A stretch of 64,000 nucleotides of DNA from Patescibacteria group bacterium (GTDB lineage Bacteria; Patescibacteriota; Microgenomatia; UBA1406), in the NCBI GenBank assembly GCA_041665145.1, contig JBAYJK010000001.1, positions 293,629-357,628 of the forward strand. The letters run 5' to 3'. The notes under the pieces were generated by a model. That model saw only the letters and a program-made list of their open reading frames with translations, was not told where the DNA came from and ran no database searches. Made by a program: the position numbers and the translations under genes. This document shows, in pieces, positions 18,541 to 27,636 of this stretch; position 1 is the first letter of the stretch, and each line of letters begins with the position of its first letter.

Positions 18541-19982
18541 GTACCGTAGATACAAGTCCGAAAACAATGTTTGCACAAATACCTGAGCTTGCTGGAGTGC
18601 CCCGTCTAGACGATATTGGTCTAGAGACCCAACTGTATCTTGATTGGACCAGGGCGATGTATTTAAATCGACCTGAGATTCAACGAGTACTTGACGTCTT
18701 GAAACTGGGCCCAATCCATCCCGCGTATGCATTGGCCGTAATGGAATTAAGTACTATAGGTATGCCAGAACTGCCGGTCGCCTATCGGTTTCAAAATATA
18801 TTGGAATTTATTCATCAAGTATATCCTGCAGATATGCGCGGTTTTTTTGTTCTCCAACAACTAGCGAAAGAGGAAGGTACCTGCACTATCGGAAGAAGCC
18901 TTTATGGAGAAATGTTTGCGCAACAAGCCCAAGCATATTTACACAGCAATGTACGGGATTATGGTCATGACAAAGCATTAAGCGAGCCTATTTTGTCTGA
19001 CCCCGATTGGGATCATAAATTTGTAACCGACCCGGGTCCACTTGAACAGATTCTTGCTGAATTGGTTCAAAGCATAACGTGGGGTAAGGAAGTACCTGAC
19101 AGAAACAATGGTTGGAGCTATTTTCTTCCGGTATTTCACGATAAGAAATTCGCCGGTACTTTATACGGTATTCGTATCCAAATAGGTGCAACAAACACCC
19201 CAGGACTTCAGCGATTAAGCGTTCATGTCGGATATTTTTGTACTCCTAATGATACCGTGCCATACATTACTAAGTATCGAGCTGACTTTATACCGCCATT
19301 ACCAAAAGGGTCTCTCGATATGCGTGGATCGGAGTTTGGGTTATCAATTGATGCAGTGAGGGCAGAAATCGTTGAGCATGTGGTCAGTCCGCTCAATTTT
19401 AAGAAAGTGAAAGTCGGGTTCAGAGTGAAATCGGAAACCATACCGAGGGATGCGACCGGTGCCGTAGTAATTCGTTTCCCAGATAAATCTAAATTTGAGC
19501 ACTTGCCTGAAATCGAACAGAAGCGATACTACCTCGAGCTGGCAACCCGAGCTCTTTTTTACCGATCCAGTTTGGGATTCAAACTTGAGATTCCTGAGTT
19601 TGTTCCGATCATCAATCCACAGGAAGCACAGGAAATTTTTGAAGAGAATCCAGGGTTATACGTTACGTTCATTAATAAAATCCGAGACTCCCTTCTGACA
19701 AATGCTGGGGAGGCCTGGAAAGTCATGAAGCAATTGGGAATAACCCAATGTTCAGAACAGCTAGCCAGTCTCGGTGATGGTTATGAAGAAATCCAGGGTA
19801 TGTTAACGCAAATTAGTGAATATAATATTGAGCGGGCTCGGCAGGGTATAGACGTGATAGATAACAGGCACGCCGTTTTCCCTAACCTTATTGCATGGCT
19901 GCAGGCGAATGGTATTGAGATTCCCATAGAGGAAGATTGGTTATGTCTTTTTAGTTTACTTCCGGTACGAAAGCTCAAGTAA
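18537..19982 (+). CDS. hypothetical protein, translationally coupled to the ATPase-wHTH gene
   Basis: 481-aa ORF whose start overlaps the upstream stop as ATGA. No family recognised. Confidence 0.4.
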   Translation: MSTVDTSPKTMFAQIPELAGVPRLDDIGLETQLYLDWTRAMYLNRPEIQRVLDVLKLGPIHPAYALAVMELSTIGMPELPVAYRFQNILEFIHQVYPADMRGFFVLQQLAKEEGTCTIGRSLYGEMFAQQAQAYLHSNVRDYGHDKALSEPILSDPDWDHKFVTDPGPLEQILAELVQSITWGKEVPDRNNGWSYFLPVFHDKKFAGTLYGIRIQIGATNTPGLQRLSVHVGYFCTPNDTVPYITKYRADFIPPLPKGSLDMRGSEFGLSIDAVRAEIVEHVVSPLNFKKVKVGFRVKSETIPRDATGAVVIRFPDKSKFEHLPEIEQKRYYLELATRALFYRSSLGFKLEIPEFVPIINPQEAQEIFEENPGLYVTFINKIRDSLLTNAGEAWKVMKQLGITQCSEQLASLGDGYEEIQGMLTQISEYNIERARQGIDVIDNRHAVFPNLIAWLQANGIEIPIEEDWLCLFSLLPVRKLK

Positions 19983-20065
19983 TATCCTGTTGGTATTTTC
20001 CAATCTCCCTATTTTGTTGCCTATAGTCCGTTGTTTCATTTTTTTTCATGATCCACAATGGTGGC

Positions 20066-22315
20066 ATGAAAAAATATATTCATACATTAACCTTTTTTGT
20101 ATATCTGCTCCTGTCGACTATTATCTTTCTCTGGTACGTTTCTCCTGTACAGGCAGAGTGGACGAGACAACCTCTTGCGTTTACTAATGATTATACCGGT
20201 TGGGATGAAACAGGAAAATATCAGCCGACAGTACTTGTTGAGAACGGGCAGTTTAAGATGTGGTTTTCAAGCTATAACGGTACACAGGCGAAAATAGGTT
20301 ATGCCACGTCTCCCGACGGACTTCACTGGACTAGCCACGGTCCGGTGTTGGCGTCCCCCGAGCTTGATTTAGGTGACCCGACGGTGATTCATGATGCCGA
20401 GGGCTACGTAATGTGGTTTTCCGGGAATTATCCCGGTCTTGCGGGTATACGGATATACCGCGCGACTTCAACAGACGGCATGATATGGGAGAGCGATTTT
20501 GCACCTGTTCTTACAGGCACTCCCGGTGGGTGGGACAGTCAATCTGTTGCCGCGCCATTTGTATTCAAGGAAGAGGGAGGCGTGTACCGAATGTGGTATT
20601 CGGGGTATGGAAGTGAATGGGACGTGGGTTTGGCAACTTCAGCAGACGGTGTGCTGTGGGAAAAGTATTCCCAACAATTACTTACGATTGCCGGAGGGTC
20701 ATCAATACTTAAAGAAGGCTCGGTGTATAAATTGTACTATGAGCGTTATGGACAATGCGGTTATGGCATATATTCGGTGGAAAGCGCAAACGGGGTGCAG
20801 TGGAATGACGTAGATACTCCTGAACAAGTTGCTTGTACACTTGGAGAAGAGGATAATTTTATCTTTGCACCCGGTGCCGTGAAAAATAACAACCAAACTC
20901 TTGTATACTTTTCGGGTATAAGTACAAATGGCGTAGGGAATATATTGCTTGCATCCAGCCCCCCTTCACCTACGGTTACGGTAGGGGCAAGCACTCCTAC
21001 GCCATCTACAATTCCCTCACCAACATTAGTGCCAAATACCCCGACACCGGTACCGGAGAGAACGCCCGTCGTTTTCATACCGGGTCTGTTTGGGTCCTGG
21101 AACAAGGATGCAATACTACACAAGCAAATCGTCGAGCCGTTTTCCTGGACAGAGAACCCAATCGTTAAAGAGTACGATAACGTGAAAAACACATTTACAC
21201 GGCTGGGGTACCAACGCGATACTGATTTTTACTTTTTTGCCTATGATTGGAGGAAAGCGGTAGAAAAAACGGCGGACATCCTTAATACGTATATTCGTGA
21301 AAAAGTAATCGTGGGCAAACCTGGGAAGAAGGTTATCCTCATCGGTCACTCGCTTGGCGGTCTGGTCTCCAGAATCTATGCACAAAAATATGGAACAGCC
21401 AATGTAGCAAAAATAGTAACCGTTGGGTCGCCACATGAAGGTACAACAAAAGTGTACGAAACATTACACATGGGTCGTATAGAAGATGATAATTCATTTC
21501 TTTGGTTAATGGAACGGGTGTCGGTGGAGTTATACCGTAAACCGAACCAGTCTGTCCTGGATGTGGTCCGGAAAGAATTGCCTGTTTTGTATGATTTGGT
21601 GCCCACATATAACTTCCTACAAACAACTAACGGGCGAGTGCTACCTGTCTCGGACTTCGGGCTGGTGAATAAGCTGTTGAAGAAATATGCCGATATAAAA
21701 TTGTTAACTGATGTGCTTATTGCGGCGGGAAGTAAATCCTATAACACACTATATAAGTATGTCGTAAACAAAGGTGGGAACCCGATTAAGAGTATTTTGA
21801 AACCGGGAGATGGAGTAATACTTGGTTTAAGTTCGCGTATAGGTCCTCAAACAATTGAACTCAAAGGAAATCATGGGGAAATAATATATACAAAAGCGAA
21901 CCTTAAAAGACTGCTGAATGCTTTGGATATTGGTTACCGGGATGAGCAGATTCAAGAAGGAAGGGGAACGAAGTTGGACCAATCGATACTTGTGCTTGTC
22001 CGCTCACCGGTGTCAGTAACAGTAGAACACGCAGGAAAAACATACTCCGAGAGCCAGGGCATTGTATTTATTGAGAATGCGCAAAGCGGCGGCTTTACGA
22101 TCCGTGCGCGGGGAACGGGGGTCGGGAAGTATTCTTTGGTAATCGGACAATTGTTTAACGGACAGTCTGTCTGGAAAACAATTCAGGGAGAGATAACGAA
22201 CACTGACCCCGGGTCAGAAGAAGATGTGTACACGCTAAAATTCAACCCATCAAAAAAATGTTTTGAAACGCACGGAACAAAACGAAGAGGAAAATTCCTC
22301 AAGCGGCTTTTTTAA
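20066..22315 (+). CDS. secreted multidomain protein: beta-propeller (GH43/GH130-like) + Pro/Thr linker + alpha/beta-hydrolase lipase/esterase
   Basis: Signal-peptide-like MKKYIHTLTFFVYLLLSTIIFLWYVSPVQA. Repeated blade-like motifs (KMWFSSYNG, VMWFSGNYPG, YRMWYSGYGSEW). PSPTVTVGASTPTPSTIPSPTLVPNTPTPVP linker, then VVFIPGLFGSW and the LIGHSLGGLV (GxSxG) motif. Confidence 0.6.
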   Translation: MKKYIHTLTFFVYLLLSTIIFLWYVSPVQAEWTRQPLAFTNDYTGWDETGKYQPTVLVENGQFKMWFSSYNGTQAKIGYATSPDGLHWTSHGPVLASPELDLGDPTVIHDAEGYVMWFSGNYPGLAGIRIYRATSTDGMIWESDFAPVLTGTPGGWDSQSVAAPFVFKEEGGVYRMWYSGYGSEWDVGLATSADGVLWEKYSQQLLTIAGGSSILKEGSVYKLYYERYGQCGYGIYSVESANGVQWNDVDTPEQVACTLGEEDNFIFAPGAVKNNNQTLVYFSGISTNGVGNILLASSPPSPTVTVGASTPTPSTIPSPTLVPNTPTPVPERTPVVFIPGLFGSWNKDAILHKQIVEPFSWTENPIVKEYDNVKNTFTRLGYQRDTDFYFFAYDWRKAVEKTADILNTYIREKVIVGKPGKKVILIGHSLGGLVSRIYAQKYGTANVAKIVTVGSPHEGTTKVYETLHMGRIEDDNSFLWLMERVSVELYRKPNQSVLDVVRKELPVLYDLVPTYNFLQTTNGRVLPVSDFGLVNKLLKKYADIKLLTDVLIAAGSKSYNTLYKYVVNKGGNPIKSILKPGDGVILGLSSRIGPQTIELKGNHGEIIYTKANLKRLLNALDIGYRDEQIQEGRGTKLDQSILVLVRSPVSVTVEHAGKTYSESQGIVFIENAQSGGFTIRARGTGVGKYSLVIGQLFNGQSVWKTIQGEITNTDPGSEEDVYTLKFNPSKKCFETHGTKRRGKFLKRLF

Positions 22316-23003
22316 GCTTTTGAAGATCCAGAATCTTCAATCCGCCACGAACGACTCGAATTATTTTTTTGCGCTTCAATTCGGAAATAAAACGGGTTAC
22401 CGATTCTCTGCTTACACCGATCCACGCGGCAACGTCCTGATGAGTGAGTTTAAGATTAATCGTCGCTTGGCGTCCCTCTGCTTTTCCGAAGCTTTTGATC
22501 AAGTACTGCAGCAACATCACGATGCGTCCGTTCGTGTCTTCGTTCATCTGCTTAAACCGCTCAACTGAACCGACAAGGGCATCCGTTATTCTCTCGAGCG
22601 TATGAAAGAGTATATCCGGATGTTGTCGCAAAAACTCGACAGTATGGTCGGACGGGGATTTGCGCACAACTATCGGCGTCATCGCCTCGAAGATATATTG
22701 CCGATGCGTCGACCACGTGCTTATTTTAGGAAGAAGGGGAAAGAATGCTCCCGGTCTGAAAATATGAATAAGTACTTTTTTCCCATTCGGATCATAGGTA
22801 AACATTTGGACGAAGCCCTTTTCAAGAAAAAAAATTGAGTCTACTTCATGGTCTTTATCCACGATAATAGATTTCTTCCGGAGCATCTGTCTCGGATAAT
22901 TCTTAAAGAATTCTTCGGTCGCCTTTTCTAGCAATGTGATCTGTGTCACATCCGTAGTATACACCTTTTTTTCTTTGTCAATATGAAAATTGAAAAAACT
23001 CAT
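22299..23003 (-). CDS. Crp/Fnr-family transcriptional regulator
   Basis: cNMP-binding-like N-domain and a C-terminal HTH (LTHQDVAAWIGVSRESVTRFISELKRKKII). The start is trimmed to ATG 23003 (MSFFNFHIDKEKK...). Confidence 0.8.
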   Translation of the reverse strand: MSFFNFHIDKEKKVYTTDVTQITLLEKATEEFFKNYPRQMLRKKSIIVDKDHEVDSIFFLEKGFVQMFTYDPNGKKVLIHIFRPGAFFPLLPKISTWSTHRQYIFEAMTPIVVRKSPSDHTVEFLRQHPDILFHTLERITDALVGSVERFKQMNEDTNGRIVMLLQYLIKSFGKAEGRQATINLKLTHQDVAAWIGVSRESVTRFISELKRKKIIRVVRGGLKILDLQKLKKAA

Positions 23004-23020
23004 AGTGATTTTAACTAATA

Positions 23021-23042
23021 TAGGTGTATAATTATACACCTA
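23021..23042. promoter_or_regulatory. perfect 22-bp palindrome containing TATAAT in both orientations
   Basis: TAGGTGTATAATTATACACCTA equals its own reverse complement. It lies in the divergent intergenic region between the crp-family gene and the glycosyltransferase operon. Confidence 0.5.
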
Positions 23043-23048
23043 GTAAAT

Positions 23049-23064
23049 TGTGACAGATATCACA
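23049..23064. promoter_or_regulatory. consensus CRP-type operator TGTGA-N6-TCACA
   Basis: TGTGACAGATATCACA has both half-sites perfect. It lies 46 nt upstream of the crp-family ATG and 23 nt upstream of the GT2 ATG. Confidence 0.6.
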
Positions 23065-23086
23065 ACGCAACCTTTTGAACAATATT

Positions 23087-25243
23087 ATGGGAAAAATTAG
23101 CATTATTGTACCGGTTCGGGATGAACGTGACAATCTGGAGGTTTTGTTGTTACGGATTTCCGATACTCTTAAAAAAGCCAAACAACACTTCGAGATTGTT
23201 GCTGTTGATGATTATTCAACTGACGGGAGTTTAGAGCTTCTTATGTCATTGAAAAAGACCTATAAAGAATTGATTGTTGTAAAAAAGCAAGGAGTCATTG
23301 GAAAAGGCAGTGCAATTCTTGAAGGTGTTCAGTCATCAGGCGGGGAGATACTTGTCACTATTGATGCTGATCTTGCATACGCGCCGGAGGCGATTCCACT
23401 GCTACTTGACAGACTTAAAACATGCGATATTGCCGTTGCCGACAGAATTTATGTGAACGGAGAACGTCTTATAAAGAAATTTCTCGCCAAAAGTTTTAAG
23501 CTTCTGTTCGGAAGAGTTATCTTCGGTTTGGACACCGATGTGCAATCAGGTTTAAAGGCATTCAAACGGTCAGTACTCGAACAATTTGATCTTCACCCGA
23601 AAAGTTGGAGTTTTGACTTGGAATTTTTGCTGCGCGCGGTAAACGCCGGATATATGCTTGAAAGTGTACCCGTCGAATACGGTTCCCGCAAAAAGGGAAA
23701 AGGAAAAATGAACCTGCTCTCTGCAGGTATAGAGCTCTTGTTATTGTCCATATACTATTGGTTGATTCCGCTCGAGCCCGTTGCGATTACCAACGCGAAT
23801 AAAGATCAACACACAGTTGCCTACAAAGGAAAACGCTTTCATACCTACACCCGATTGCATCATCGTGAAAGCGCTATCCGGACTATAACATTCGGCCAGG
23901 CAATTTTTGCCCTCGTGGTAATCGGTTTCTTTTGGACTCTGTTGTTGCTTAATTGGCAACTTGCGATTATCGGTTTGGTAAGTTTTTTGTCTACCATGTA
24001 CTTTATCGACTTGCTCTTCAACTTGTTTCTTATAGTCACTTCATTGAGAAAAAATCCTGAGATCCATGCTAAAAGCGGTGATATCGCTGCCAGAACAAAC
24101 TGGCCGACCTACTCGATCATTTGTCCCTTGTACAAAGAGTGGGAAATGATTCCTTATTTTGTGAAGGCAATCGACGAACTGGAATATCCGAAAGACAAAT
24201 TGCAGGTGTTGTTAACGTTGGAGGAGGATGATGTGAAAACCCGCGAAGAGGTTGCAAAAATTGAGTTACCGGATTACTTTTCAGTAGTAGTTGTTCCTGA
24301 TGCTTCCCCGAAAACGAAACCGAAAGCTTGTAATTACGCGCTATTGTATGCTACGGGAGAGTACGTTGTCATTTACGACGCCGAAGACAGACCTGATCCG
24401 TTACAGTTAAAAAAAGCCATTATCGCTTTCGATCAGGAAGGCAAGAAAGTCGTATGTCTGCAGGCAAAACTGAATTTTTATAATATTCATCAAAACCTTT
24501 TGACCAGACTGTTCACTCTCGAATACTCACTCTGGTTTGACCTTGTTCTCACCGGATTGCATTCAATCGGAGCACCTATCCCACTCGGGGGAACCTCAAA
24601 TCATTTCAGAAAGGAATCACTGCATCTTTTGGAAGGATGGGATCCGTTCAATGTTACCGAAGACTGCGATTTGGGAATCAGATTGTTCAAATACGGATAC
24701 AAGACCCGGGTGCTTGACTCGACGACATATGAAGAAGCAAATAGTCGTTTCTTCAGTTGGTTCGGGCAGCGTTCCCGATGGATCAAGGGGTATATACAGA
24801 CCTATCTTGTCCATATGCGGCGCCCACATGAATTTATTTCCGATTGGGGTAATCCGCATTTGTTGACATTTCAACTGGTAGTGGGAGGCAAGGTTGTGTC
24901 TATGTGGATTAATCCGTTTTTATGGTTACTGACGATACTGTATTTCGGTTTCAGAAGTACGTTCGGTGCATTCGTGGAATCTCTGTATTTAACACCGGTG
25001 TTTTATATGGCGGCAGTTTCTTTGGTATTTGGTAACTTTTTATATTTTTACTACTACATGATTGGTGCAGCAAAGCGTGAGCAGTGGGATTTGGTGAAGT
25101 ACGCATTTTTCATTCCGTTCTACTGGCTCATGATGTCCGTTGCGTCATGGATCGCATTCAACCAAGTACTTTTCAATCCGCACTATTGGTCGAAAACCCA
25201 ACATGGGTTACATCTTAAAAAACAAAAAACCGTGATGTCATGA
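23087..25243 (+). CDS. bifunctional membrane glycosyltransferase: N-terminal GT2 + TM region + second processive-type GT2
   Basis: The N-terminus is ISIIVPVRDE...VAVDDYSTDGS...IDADL. The central part has TM helices. The second domain is ICPLYKE...VIYDAEDRPDP...QRSRWIKG (QxxRW), followed by C-terminal TM helices. Confidence 0.7.
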   Translation: MGKISIIVPVRDERDNLEVLLLRISDTLKKAKQHFEIVAVDDYSTDGSLELLMSLKKTYKELIVVKKQGVIGKGSAILEGVQSSGGEILVTIDADLAYAPEAIPLLLDRLKTCDIAVADRIYVNGERLIKKFLAKSFKLLFGRVIFGLDTDVQSGLKAFKRSVLEQFDLHPKSWSFDLEFLLRAVNAGYMLESVPVEYGSRKKGKGKMNLLSAGIELLLLSIYYWLIPLEPVAITNANKDQHTVAYKGKRFHTYTRLHHRESAIRTITFGQAIFALVVIGFFWTLLLLNWQLAIIGLVSFLSTMYFIDLLFNLFLIVTSLRKNPEIHAKSGDIAARTNWPTYSIICPLYKEWEMIPYFVKAIDELEYPKDKLQVLLTLEEDDVKTREEVAKIELPDYFSVVVVPDASPKTKPKACNYALLYATGEYVVIYDAEDRPDPLQLKKAIIAFDQEGKKVVCLQAKLNFYNIHQNLLTRLFTLEYSLWFDLVLTGLHSIGAPIPLGGTSNHFRKESLHLLEGWDPFNVTEDCDLGIRLFKYGYKTRVLDSTTYEEANSRFFSWFGQRSRWIKGYIQTYLVHMRRPHEFISDWGNPHLLTFQLVVGGKVVSMWINPFLWLLTILYFGFRSTFGAFVESLYLTPVFYMAAVSLVFGNFLYFYYYMIGAAKREQWDLVKYAFFIPFYWLMMSVASWIAFNQVLFNPHYWSKTQHGLHLKKQKTVMS

Positions 25244-27636
25244 AACCTTTTACAAAAAAAATAATTACCAGCGGAAGTGTTCTTATTATTGCCATGATGG
25301 TTGCAAATGTCGGCAATCTTTTTTTCAGCGGTTTCCTCGGAAGAATTATTTCGCTCGAAGAGTTTTCCGAAATAGCATTAATCAACACGTTTGCCTATTA
25401 CTTCTCGATCGGCTACGGAGCATTGACGGCTGCAATTATTGAGCGGGTGGCCTTTTTGAATGCACGCAACGGAAAAGGTGCCGGGGCAAGTTTTTTCCGC
25501 AGAACGTTCTGGAGAACCGTTGCATTGGCAGTGATTTCCACTGTCGCATTCATGATCTGCACCCCCTTTCTGAACAGCTTTTTTCATATTACAGACCGGA
25601 CGGTATTTTTGTCTGTTGCCCCCATGATTTTTGTCGGAACTATTACCGGGCTTTGTGTCGGTTATCTGAAAGGTCTGTTTCTGTTTTCATGGGTTGCGCT
25701 CCTGATTGTTGTTGAGGTGTTTTTGAAAATAGCCCTGGCAATTCTTTTTGTTTCATTGAATATGCAGTCAGTAATACATACGGTGATTGTCATCTCAATG
25801 GCAAGCGCGTCACTTTTGGCGCTGTTAATTTTATGGTTGAATTTTCCCAAAAGCACTGATGGAAATAACTATAGATTTCCCCGACGGTTTTTTCTTGCAG
25901 CTATGCTTACTAACTTTGCTTCGAATGCCTTTTTGACTTTAGACATGTCTTTGGTGAAGCATTACCTTTCCGGAACGGAAGCGGGACAGTACGCACTCCT
26001 TGCGCTGGTGGGAAAAATGATCTTCTTCCTCGGGTCGCTGCTTAACGCATTTGTCATTTCTTTCGTAAGTCGTGACGAAGGGTTGAAAAACAATCCTAAC
26101 GCAACGTTTTACCGTTTGATAGGACTGGTTACCGGGACAGTCCTTATGGCGACCATTGTTCTTGGTGTGGGGGGGCAATACTTCGTGCCGTTGCTTTTGG
26201 GGACTCGAACACTCTCGATAGTTCCATATCTCTTGCACTACTCGATAACGATTGCGTTGTTCACTATTGCTACAACTTTTGTAATCTACCACCTTGCCCG
26301 CAAGCAGTATATCTTCTCTGTTGCTTCGTTGGTAATGTCCGGAACCATGGCATTGTTTATTGTACTGTGGCATGCCTCAATTTGGGAAATTGTCAACAGC
26401 ATGCTCATTGTTTCAGTGTTGAATCTTGTTCTAATGATCATGCTTCACTCACTGCAAAAAAACGGCGGATTTTTTATCAGAAATGTTGTTGATATGATTT
26501 CACTCGTTCTGCCACTCTCAAAGACCGAGCCGTCAAACAGTTCCGGTAAACGGGTTTTGGTTTTTAATTGGCGGGATGTCCGGCATGTTTTTGCCGGGGG
26601 GGCTGAAGTATACATTCATGAATTGGCAAAACGGTGGGTGAAAAGCGGAAACAAAGTTACCGTGTTTTGCGGAAATGATGGTCGCTCTCCGCGGTATGAG
26701 GTAATAGACGGAGTAGAGATAATCAGGCGGGGCGGGTTTTATTTTGTCTATGTGTGGGCATTTTTTTACTACGTTTTACGGTTGCGTGGCAAATACGATA
26801 TAGTGCTCGATTGCGAGAATGGAATTCCTTTTTTTACGCCACTGTATGTCAAAGAGAAGATATATCTCATCATGCATCATGTTCATCAGGAGGTCTTCAG
26901 AAAAAGTTTAATTCCACCGTTCTCGTGGATAGCGTCGTTTCTGGAACTCCGATTCATGCCGTATATCTATCACACAGCGCAATTTATTACCGTTTCACCG
27001 TCAACGAAAGAATCCATTATCCGAAACGGACTCTCAACGAAAGAACCGAAAGTCGTGTATAACGGTGTAGATTTGGATTTCTATGTTCCCGGGAAGAAAG
27101 AAACTTCACCGCTTGTTGTGTATATCGGAAGACTGAAGTCTTATAAGAGTTTACCCGTGCTTATTCGTGCAGCGCAATTGGTCGTGCAACGCATACCGAC
27201 TGCCAAGTTTGTTATTGCGGGAGGCGGTGAAGAAAAAAACAAACTGTCTGCACTCATAACGAGCTTGCATCTTTCTGACTCGGTGAAGTTAGTCGGAAGA
27301 GTAAACGAGCAGGAAAAACGGGATTATTATCAACGGGCGTGGGTTTTTTGTAATCCGTCTTTTTTGGAAGGTTGGGGAATTACATCCATTGAAGCAAATG
27401 CTTGTGGAACACCGGTCGTTGCATCAGACGTGTCCGGACTTCGGGATTCGGTGAAAGACAATGTAACGGGTTACCACGCACTCTACGGTTCTGCCTCACA
27501 CTTTGCACAAAAAATTACCGAGTTGCTTACGGATGAGCGGAAGCGGAAACAGTTCAGTTCAAATTCCATTGCTTGGGCACAAAAATTTAGTTGGGATTTC
27601 AGTGCTGATAAAAGTTTTGAATTTTTTGCATCATGA
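25240..27636 (+). CDS. fusion of a polytopic flippase-like (MOP/Wzx-like) domain with a C-terminal GT4 glycosyltransferase
   Basis: The first ~430 aa are multi-TM. The C-terminus is VLVFNWRDVRHVFAGGAEVYIHELAKRW ... EGWGITSIEANACGTPVVASDVSGLRDSV, a GT4 E-x7-E region. Confidence 0.6.
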   Translation: MKPFTKKIITSGSVLIIAMMVANVGNLFFSGFLGRIISLEEFSEIALINTFAYYFSIGYGALTAAIIERVAFLNARNGKGAGASFFRRTFWRTVALAVISTVAFMICTPFLNSFFHITDRTVFLSVAPMIFVGTITGLCVGYLKGLFLFSWVALLIVVEVFLKIALAILFVSLNMQSVIHTVIVISMASASLLALLILWLNFPKSTDGNNYRFPRRFFLAAMLTNFASNAFLTLDMSLVKHYLSGTEAGQYALLALVGKMIFFLGSLLNAFVISFVSRDEGLKNNPNATFYRLIGLVTGTVLMATIVLGVGGQYFVPLLLGTRTLSIVPYLLHYSITIALFTIATTFVIYHLARKQYIFSVASLVMSGTMALFIVLWHASIWEIVNSMLIVSVLNLVLMIMLHSLQKNGGFFIRNVVDMISLVLPLSKTEPSNSSGKRVLVFNWRDVRHVFAGGAEVYIHELAKRWVKSGNKVTVFCGNDGRSPRYEVIDGVEIIRRGGFYFVYVWAFFYYVLRLRGKYDIVLDCENGIPFFTPLYVKEKIYLIMHHVHQEVFRKSLIPPFSWIASFLELRFMPYIYHTAQFITVSPSTKESIIRNGLSTKEPKVVYNGVDLDFYVPGKKETSPLVVYIGRLKSYKSLPVLIRAAQLVVQRIPTAKFVIAGGGEEKNKLSALITSLHLSDSVKLVGRVNEQEKRDYYQRAWVFCNPSFLEGWGITSIEANACGTPVVASDVSGLRDSVKDNVTGYHALYGSASHFAQKITELLTDERKRKQFSSNSIAWAQKFSWDFSADKSFEFFAS

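Noticed and set aside
20761-21192. Antisense or alternative-frame ORFs of 100-165 aa inside long genes (for example 20761..21192, 25939..26373, 40412..40828, 51565..51972, 51926..52417, 55759..56178, 60374..60871, 62088..62507, 37409..37804, 12079..12435)
   Set aside because: Each is fully contained in a longer ORF with clear family signatures or a better coding context. They have skewed, low-complexity or Arg/Cys-rich compositions typical of shadow ORFs.
22299-22315. 17-nt convergent overlap of the lipase-fusion gene and the crp-family gene as a regulatory antisense feature
   Set aside because: Short 3'-3' overlaps are common in compact genomes. No hairpin or other signal was seen there.
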